Part shown: positions 24,639 through 30,665 of the stretch, piece by piece
Position numbering within the stretch: position 1 is the stretch's first letter
How the letters are laid out: each line of letters starts with the position of its first letter
IMG/VR virus record: IMGVR_UViG_3300031712_000052
Coordinates: 1 to 30,665 of that record
DNA: 30,665 nt
Strand: one strand, 5' to 3'
From: a virus
Taxonomy: Duplodnaviria; Heunggongvirae; Uroviricota; Caudoviricetes
Position numbers and translations under genes: made by a program
The notes under the pieces: model-generated
The model's input: only the letters and a program-made list of their open reading frames with translations
Database searches by the model: none
Told to the model about the DNA's origin: nothing

Positions 24639-26482
24639 TCATAAAGGTCTGTCAGTATCAAGCTCACCAGCCTAGCGGTGAGCGACTCATTCAAGTCTTC
24701 CAGCCGGGGGACATGGATAAGGCTGCAGCCTTTTTCGGTATGGGTAAGACTGCAGCCCCACTCCTTCCATCCGTTAAGAGCTTGCTGGAGAACATTAAGT
24801 CCAGCCCGCGTAAGATAGTCATCCTGGTGAATGCCCTGGGAGCTGGGGAATACTGGGGCTCCAACATCAATGGAGACTACTTCCCGGAAGTTGCTCTACT
24901 TCATAAGGGTTCTGACTATGGCTACGAGACTTTCAGAACTGCTGGTTTGTTCAAACACCATGTGAACAAGGACCCATCCCGTAGCTTCGGTACCATACTG
25001 TTGTCCGTATGGAACGATATGATGAAGCGGGTAGAGTTGGTGATTGAGATAGATCGCGACAAGGCATTTGAAGTTGGCGCTGTAGATGTCTGTGACAAGA
25101 TAGACCAAGGTATATTTCCAGACGTCAGCATGGGCTGCAAGGTTCCTTATGATCTGTGCTCATACTGTACAGACTGGAAACGGTACGAGACAGCCAAGGC
25201 TACTTTTGATCCGCACGTACACAAGAGCATAGCCGATGCGGTATTGGCAGTACATAAGCAGCAGCCCATCAGAGGTATATCTGTTACTCGCAATGACTAT
25301 TGCGAGCACCTGCGCAAGGCTCTCAATAAGATCATGCCGAATGGGGTGAAGAACTATGCCATCAATGATTACCCCAGGTTCTTCGACATCTCAGTAGTGT
25401 TCATAGGTGCGGACAAGACGGCGAAGGTGATGGCCAAGTTAGCCTCAGTAGGAGCAGGAGAGGCAGTACCATCGTGGAGGGTGGCGGAGGATGAAGGGTA
25501 CCTTCCAGATGTGGAGGAGCAGATGGAAAAGGCAGCGCACGCAGTAGAGCTGCCTGATGGAAGTGGTTTCTTTACAGGTACCGTAGATACCAAGAAGCCT
25601 ATAGGTCATCTGAAGCCTAGGGCTAAGGTTGCTGAGATCAAATCTGGCGAGATAGAAAAAGACATCACTCCTTCTCAGTTCGGCGGTAAGGCTGTTTCGG
25701 CTAGACCGGACCTACCTAATGAAGTCCTGGATAGACTTGGCTCCTCTGATTTGAGTGAAGCTCTTTCTACTCCTGCGATGATGGGCATGCTTCTCAAGCC
25801 TCGGGAGTTCCAGAGAATCACCATCATACACATGGGGAACAAGCCACTAGCTGATGAGCTAGACAGGCACAGCATGGTGTTTGGGCCCACGGATGATGTA
25901 GAGAGCCCAGGGGAGATGGGTTCAGAGCATATGAGTGATGTGCTCAAGAAGATACTGTTGCCCTTTATGGAGGACAAGAGTTTCCTGGAGCCAATAGCCA
26001 AGAGAAGGATGGTCAGAATCACCATAATGGGCGGTCCAAAGGGGGAGCCAGAGGATGAAAAAATAGCATCATCAGACCGCTTCCTACTGAAGATAGCTGC
26101 GTCCTATAATGGGTACCTACAAGAGCTAGCCCACTGTTTGCATGAAATTCCCTATGCTATCAGCTCCGACACAACACTCTGGAACAAAGTCTACGGCCAG
26201 GGGCTGGGGGATATGTTCTGTAAGACAGCTTCTGAAGTTGGTCCAGTTTTGGGAGCAATGGGAGCCGCTGAGATACTTTCTGCTCTTGCTGCCTACAAGA
26301 GAAGGCAAGCAGACCAAAAGGGAGATCAAGTGGGCTTTCTGACCGACTTGGCTGCAGAGCATCCCCACATACTGGCAGCTTTGGCTGGATTGGGTATGCT
26401 ACACTCAGAAGGATCTTCCCTTCCGGGTGATTTGATAGCAAGATTGACCAGGATGGGAGAGAAGATAGTAACACCTCGGTGA
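24635..26482 (+). CDS. Prohead maturation serine protease (HK97/assemblin-like) with Cys cluster and C-terminal extension (615 aa)
   Basis: SNINGDYFP, LFKHHVNKD (candidate catalytic His), DVSMGC (candidate catalytic Ser), and CSYC..CEHL. Lies upstream of scaffold-like and capsid genes. Confidence 0.8.
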   Translation: MIIKVCQYQAHQPSGERLIQVFQPGDMDKAAAFFGMGKTAAPLLPSVKSLLENIKSSPRKIVILVNALGAGEYWGSNINGDYFPEVALLHKGSDYGYETFRTAGLFKHHVNKDPSRSFGTILLSVWNDMMKRVELVIEIDRDKAFEVGAVDVCDKIDQGIFPDVSMGCKVPYDLCSYCTDWKRYETAKATFDPHVHKSIADAVLAVHKQQPIRGISVTRNDYCEHLRKALNKIMPNGVKNYAINDYPRFFDISVVFIGADKTAKVMAKLASVGAGEAVPSWRVAEDEGYLPDVEEQMEKAAHAVELPDGSGFFTGTVDTKKPIGHLKPRAKVAEIKSGEIEKDITPSQFGGKAVSARPDLPNEVLDRLGSSDLSEALSTPAMMGMLLKPREFQRITIIHMGNKPLADELDRHSMVFGPTDDVESPGEMGSEHMSDVLKKILLPFMEDKSFLEPIAKRRMVRITIMGGPKGEPEDEKIASSDRFLLKIAASYNGYLQELAHCLHEIPYAISSDTTLWNKVYGQGLGDMFCKTASEVGPVLGAMGAAEILSALAAYKRRQADQKGDQVGFLTDLAAEHPHILAALAGLGMLHSEGSSLPGDLIARLTRMGEKIVTPR

Positions 26483-26562
26483 TGTTAGGGGCCTCGTACC
26501 CCGAAGAAACAGAAACCGATCATGGAACCTAACGATCAACCGAGACACACAGGAGTTACCAA

Positions 26563-27381
26563 ATGAGCATGGATGCACAACTAGCAGAGATCTATGGCAC
26601 TGGCCAGTCGGCTAATGCTGAAGATGATCAGGTGAAGTTGGCTGCTGCTGAGCTTCTTGTTAAGCTGGCAGGGGACAACAACGTGGACCTTAGCCAGTTC
26701 AGCGATCAAGAAGTAGCTGATATGGTTGCGGAATTGCAGAAGGAAGCAGAACTTCCTCCACAGTTCCAGAAGAAGGAAGAGGGAGAAGAGAAGAAGGACG
26801 AGAAGACAGAGTCCAAGGAGACTCCAGAATCGAAAGAGTCTGCTGAATCCTCTTCGGAATCCCCAGAAGACAAGAAAGCCGAAGCTGCTGAGAAGGTGGC
26901 AGAAGCTGACTTCCTGGGCCGTGTAATGGCTCACTCGTTTGCACAAGAGTGCAAGGAGATCGAAAAGGAAGCCGGGCTCAAGGACAAGGCAGTTGGTGCT
27001 GCTAAGGGCCTTCCAGCATTCTTGAAGAACAAGGGTGTTGCTGCTGGTAAGACTGCAGTTGAAGGCGTTAAGAAGCATCCATTTGCTGCAGCTGGTGCTG
27101 GCTTTGCAGCCGGGGGTGCAGCTGGTGGAGTAGCTGGCAGAGCATCTAAGAAAGAGAAGAAGGGTGAGGCAGATCAAGCAGCCCTTGATGCTCTTGCTGA
27201 GCAGCGTGCACTAGCCATGGCTAAGGAAGCCGGCTGGGTAGATCCAGAGGGCAACCTTGTTGCTCCTCCTGCACCTGCTGCAGAAGAAACCAAGACAGCG
27301 TCCCCCCTGGACCTGGCTGTAGAGCGTAGAGCTCTCGAGATGCTGGAAGCTAGCGGCTACCCAGTGACTTGGAACGAATAA
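26563..27381 (+). CDS. Acidic scaffold-like/internal head protein (272 aa)
   Basis: SD AGGAG, E/K/A-rich low-complexity sequence, and 7 KxA[SAGE] motifs. Lies between protease and capsid genes. Confidence 0.75.
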   Translation: MSMDAQLAEIYGTGQSANAEDDQVKLAAAELLVKLAGDNNVDLSQFSDQEVADMVAELQKEAELPPQFQKKEEGEEKKDEKTESKETPESKESAESSSESPEDKKAEAAEKVAEADFLGRVMAHSFAQECKEIEKEAGLKDKAVGAAKGLPAFLKNKGVAAGKTAVEGVKKHPFAAAGAGFAAGGAAGGVAGRASKKEKKGEADQAALDALAEQRALAMAKEAGWVDPEGNLVAPPAPAAEETKTASPLDLAVERRALEMLEASGYPVTWNE

Positions 27382-27392
27382 CAACAACCCCA

Positions 27393-27689
27393 ATGACCGG
27401 TATTTGCATGTCGGCGTTTTTCGAAGAGTTGACCAAGGTGGCCGGAGAAGTCCGTGCCCCTGATAGTCCTTGGACTTCCAAGACTATTGGGGCTCCACGT
27501 GCCAAACTGACCAACACTCAATTCCCGAAAGCGCCGACTGCACCCGGTCCATTGAATCTGAAGCTGGTGCAACCGGCGGCAAAGTATGGTCCGCGCCCTA
27601 ACTACTCCCAACCGAATGTTGAGGTTCCAGCAGGAGCCAATCCAGACATTGGGGGCATGGCACGACAACAACCGCCACCTTTAGTTTGA
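27393..27689 (+). CDS. Small Pro-rich protein (98 aa; alternative start 27408)
   Basis: Contains AFFEELTKVAG, a helix-plus-KxA pattern like its neighbours. Fills the gap between flanking genes. Confidence 0.6.
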   Translation: MTGICMSAFFEELTKVAGEVRAPDSPWTSKTIGAPRAKLTNTQFPKAPTAPGPLNLKLVQPAAKYGPRPNYSQPNVEVPAGANPDIGGMARQQPPPLV

Positions 27690-27704
27690 TCCCAGGAGGA
27701 CCTG

Positions 27705-28805
27705 ATGAAGTTTTCGCTACATAGCATGGTTGCGGCAACGGTGTCTGAAGCCGAAAGGCGCGAGAAGCTTGCAGCTTCAGATGACGAAGCCGTACACAAC
27801 GGAGAGAACACAGACATTTCGGATGCAAAGAGCAAGAGCCCCGGAGCATCCAACACACCACCCAATAACCCGGCTACTGTTCCTGAAAGGAACGATGCAG
27901 AGCAGCCGAACACAAAGACCTCCTCTGCTCTGGCTCTCAAGCTGGCTAGTGCAGTTGAGTTCCTCAATGAGAATTTCTTGAAGGTGGCGGTCGGAGAGAT
28001 TACTCCACCTACTCCTTCAGGTACTCCAGAGGCCAAGATAGGCCCTGGCGAGGGCACTGGTGCTACTCCTACCAACCTAGATGCACCTACACCAGGTGTA
28101 CAGACTGAGGCGGTAGGGCAGGCAACAGAACAGCAACAGCCTCCAATGAAGCCAGGTACAGACCCAGCTTCACCAGGTCAGACCAACACTGGTACGGCCA
28201 TGGAGACTGATATCAACAATCCCCCAGGTGGAAATGAGTCCTGGAAGGATAAGGACATTCTGAAGCAGAGTGCCGCAGAGCTTCTACAGAAGAGAGCTGC
28301 GGCAGCAAAGACAGCTGCTCCAGTAAACCAAGTAGACCGTGTACTTGGCATCATGAAGAAGCTGGCAGATGTTCCTCCTGAAGCAACTGCTTCTGAGGAA
28401 AGTGTGCCTTCTCTCCCTGGGCCTGCTGCATCCCAGAGAAAGATGATCGATAGCAACGAAGCAGCAAGAGACTACACTAAGCGTGACGCGAAGGCAGAGC
28501 CAAAAGAGCGGATGGGTGAGGTTCTTGATGAACCAGCTCAGAAGAAGTCGACGGATGCTGTCCTTCAGAACAACCTCTCCAACACATCCGAAGCTGGGGT
28601 GAAAATCTCCTCAGCTAAGGCTGCAGCGGCGAGGGCCCTACTCAGCAAGATTGCTGAGGCGGGTTGTGCTTCAGACGCATCGTCTGAAGATAAGGCGAGG
28701 GCCGAAAAGGTTCGGTCTATCGTCGAGTCCAAGCAGAAGGAAAAAGAGGGTCAGGGGCTTAGTGGGGGAACGGCATCGCCGTTCAACACAGGATCGAGTT
28801 TCTAG
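27705..28805 (+). CDS. Low-complexity scaffold-like/internal head protein (366 aa)
   Basis: SD GGAGG. P/T/E/A-rich disordered stretches alternate with helical KxA segments. Confidence 0.75.
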   Translation: MKFSLHSMVAATVSEAERREKLAASDDEAVHNGENTDISDAKSKSPGASNTPPNNPATVPERNDAEQPNTKTSSALALKLASAVEFLNENFLKVAVGEITPPTPSGTPEAKIGPGEGTGATPTNLDAPTPGVQTEAVGQATEQQQPPMKPGTDPASPGQTNTGTAMETDINNPPGGNESWKDKDILKQSAAELLQKRAAAAKTAAPVNQVDRVLGIMKKLADVPPEATASEESVPSLPGPAASQRKMIDSNEAARDYTKRDAKAEPKERMGEVLDEPAQKKSTDAVLQNNLSNTSEAGVKISSAKAAAARALLSKIAEAGCASDASSEDKARAEKVRSIVESKQKEKEGQGLSGGTASPFNTGSSF

Positions 28806-28814
28806 GAGGAACAC

Positions 28815-29204
28815 ATGGACAACAAGACTAAGATCAGTGCAGCCCAGGCCGCTCAGGTCTATGCCGAAGTGCCTGGTGTCCTTCGGAAGCTTGCTTCTGA
28901 GAAGGACCAACTCCAGGTGAAATTGGCAGAGGCGGAGAAGGAATTGGATGGTTACAGGTTGACCACCAGGATCACGAAGATTGCTCAGACAATGGAGGAC
29001 AAGAAGATCAATCTTGGCCTTTCCTTGGGTGAGCGTATCTCCAAGATCAAAGAGGCACATGCCAGTGGTCGGTCGCTCGATGCAATTGAAGAGGCGATTG
29101 ACATGACTGCACCAAATGGAGAGATGGCCAAGGTAGCAGGGGATGTAGGTGTGGATGGGGATAACGCACTTGAGTCGTATCTGCTTGGAGATCTAGCTCA
29201 GTAG
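28815..29204 (+). CDS. Coiled-coil scaffold-like protein (129 aa)
   Basis: SD GGAGG, heptad-like LRKLASEKDQLQVKLAEAEKEL, and motifs KLAS, KLAE, KVAG. Two genes before the MCP. Confidence 0.72.
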   Translation: MDNKTKISAAQAAQVYAEVPGVLRKLASEKDQLQVKLAEAEKELDGYRLTTRITKIAQTMEDKKINLGLSLGERISKIKEAHASGRSLDAIEEAIDMTAPNGEMAKVAGDVGVDGDNALESYLLGDLAQ

Positions 29205-29246
29205 CTAGACACCGAAGGTAACAGTAGCATCACAAGGAGACACCCA

Positions 29247-29696
29247 ATGATCGTAAATCTAGAGATCGTATCCGATGTCCAGGACATCGGCCGCAGGGAT
29301 TTCGCGGTGGCTGACAAGACACTCGTGAACCCAACAAACCCAAACTGCATCGTTGACGGAGAGTTTCTTAGTCTGAATATGGACTATCAGCTCGTTCGTT
29401 CTGTCAACGGCGTTCTTGGTTTCGCAACTTTTGCGGAAAGAGGACGTTTCGATGTGCAGGCAATCGGAAAGCTGACGGTTTTGTACTACAAGCCGTACGA
29501 AGCTGACACCCGCGTGTTCACAGCTGCTGGTCTTGCCCTTGGTGGACCACTGACCATCTCGGGTGCAGTTGTCACATCTGATGGTGTGACAAGGTCAGGT
29601 CTGATTGCATCTGGCGGCGGAATCGTACTCGGGTACGTGACTCGCCTCCCAGCAAACAATGGTGGTCGGCTAAGGTTCCTCAAGACCCTTGGCTAA
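29247..29696 (+). CDS. Putative capsid decoration/cement protein (149 aa)
   Basis: SD AAGGAG. A small beta-rich protein immediately upstream of the MCP, the usual position of head decoration proteins. Confidence 0.6.
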   Translation: MIVNLEIVSDVQDIGRRDFAVADKTLVNPTNPNCIVDGEFLSLNMDYQLVRSVNGVLGFATFAERGRFDVQAIGKLTVLYYKPYEADTRVFTAAGLALGGPLTISGAVVTSDGVTRSGLIASGGGIVLGYVTRLPANNGGRLRFLKTLG

Positions 29697-29736
29697 TTGG
29701 GTTTGATTAACAGGCTCTAACAAGAGGTAAATCAAC

Positions 29737-30665
29737 ATGAGCGTTCCTTCCAGAATCCTAAATGATCTCTTCACCCAGAAGCTGGATAGCAGCGAGGGCA
29801 AAGAGAAGATCGCAGAGTACGCTGGTACGTACATTCGTGACCGTTTGCGCGAAGTTTCCTTTGCGAGGAAGATCATTCCCCCGCAACAGGTGACCAGGGC
29901 AGACTGCCAGAGGTCCGTCAACCACGACACACTGGTGAAGATCATCGACATCGAGCCAAAGAGCAAGGCAATGTCTTTGACCTTCCGTGGTCAACCCACT
30001 GCACGTTTCGTACGTGCACCCCGTGCTGAAGTAGCCTTCTTCACCATCTCCTCGGAGAAGTTCGAGAAGACGGAGCAGGAACTTCTGGCATACGAAATGC
30101 CCATCACCAAGGTCATCGAAGACAACTCGGTGAAGGACATCCAAGAGATCGAAGACCGTGAGTTCTGCATCCACATCGAGGCTGCAGTACAGGCTCTCCA
30201 GGCAGAGGCCAATGGTAATCACACCACAACGCTGAACTGGTCCACAGTTCAGGCTGGCACGGTAGCTGAGTTCTCCGTACGCAAGGGTGAACTTGCTCGT
30301 CACGCAACCAGTTCCACATCAGCATCCCTACCTGTTCAGAAGACAGACTTCGTGAACATGTTCAAGATGCTGTCTGGAAACCGTCTGCGTGGTGAGATGG
30401 TTCTGATGACCGAAGTTGACTGGGATGACATCCTTCAGTGGACTGCGGAAGACGTTGGTAACAAGATCGTATCCGAGACCACGGTCGAGGGATACAAGTA
30501 CAACCTGCTCTTGGGCAGGGCATACTGCCGCACGGTCAAGACCGACATCCTCCGTCCAGGCAACCTGTACTTGTTCACGAAGCCGGACTTCTTTGGGAAG
30601 TTCTTCATCCTGAACAACACCAAGTTCTACATCGACAAGATCGCGAACTTGATCACCTGGCAGTC
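29737..30665 (+). CDS. Major capsid protein (HK97-fold), 3'-truncated; not in ORF track
   Basis: GAGGT precedes ATG 29737. The frame is open to the window end (309 codons: MSVPSRILNDLF...IRDRLREVSFARKIIPPQQV...DIQEIEDREF...). It follows the protease, scaffold and decoration genes. Confidence 0.85.
   Translation, partial: MSVPSRILNDLFTQKLDSSEGKEKIAEYAGTYIRDRLREVSFARKIIPPQQVTRADCQRSVNHDTLVKIIDIEPKSKAMSLTFRGQPTARFVRAPRAEVAFFTISSEKFEKTEQELLAYEMPITKVIEDNSVKDIQEIEDREFCIHIEAAVQALQAEANGNHTTTLNWSTVQAGTVAEFSVRKGELARHATSSTSASLPVQKTDFVNMFKMLSGNRLRGEMVLMTEVDWDDILQWTAEDVGNKIVSETTVEGYKYNLLLGRAYCRTVKTDILRPGNLYLFTKPDFFGKFFILNNTKFYIDKIANLITWQ

Noticed and set aside
17623-30623. Numerous 60-200 aa ORFs antisense or out of frame to the large + strand genes
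   Set aside because: They are fully nested in well-supported genes, have no RBS, and show shadow-like composition.
1-30665. Stop-codon reassignment as seen in some large phages
   Set aside because: Long genes read through under the standard code, and TAG, TGA and TAA all terminate well-packed genes.

Overview
This 30.7 kb window is the virion morphogenesis region of a large tailed phage, probably a jumbo myovirus. The + strand carries, in order: a 5'-truncated structural protein with a collagen-like tail, two hypothetical proteins, a portal, and a 2059-aa fused beta/beta-prime multisubunit-type RNA polymerase. The RNAP gene sits 3 nt upstream of a gp5/gpV-like tail spike gene. Next come further hypothetical proteins, a large terminase with a LAGLIDADG intein in its Walker A motif, a block of head/core proteins, a prohead protease, scaffold-like proteins, a decoration-like protein, and a major capsid gene. 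The capsid gene runs off the window and is missing from the ORF track. Two islands of small - strand genes interrupt the block. The main signals are: (1) a compact fused RNAP lacking the beta-prime N-terminal zinc-binding domain, placed in a structural operon; (2) a K-x-A-[S/A/G/E] motif enriched in head proteins, which brackets the protease domain and precedes the capsid fold, suggesting a maturation cleavage code; (3) a four-copy intergenic motif AAA-N18-TATAAG, found only on the - strand, one copy of which has no ORF downstream. All calls come from motif reading and manual alignment from memory; no database search was run.
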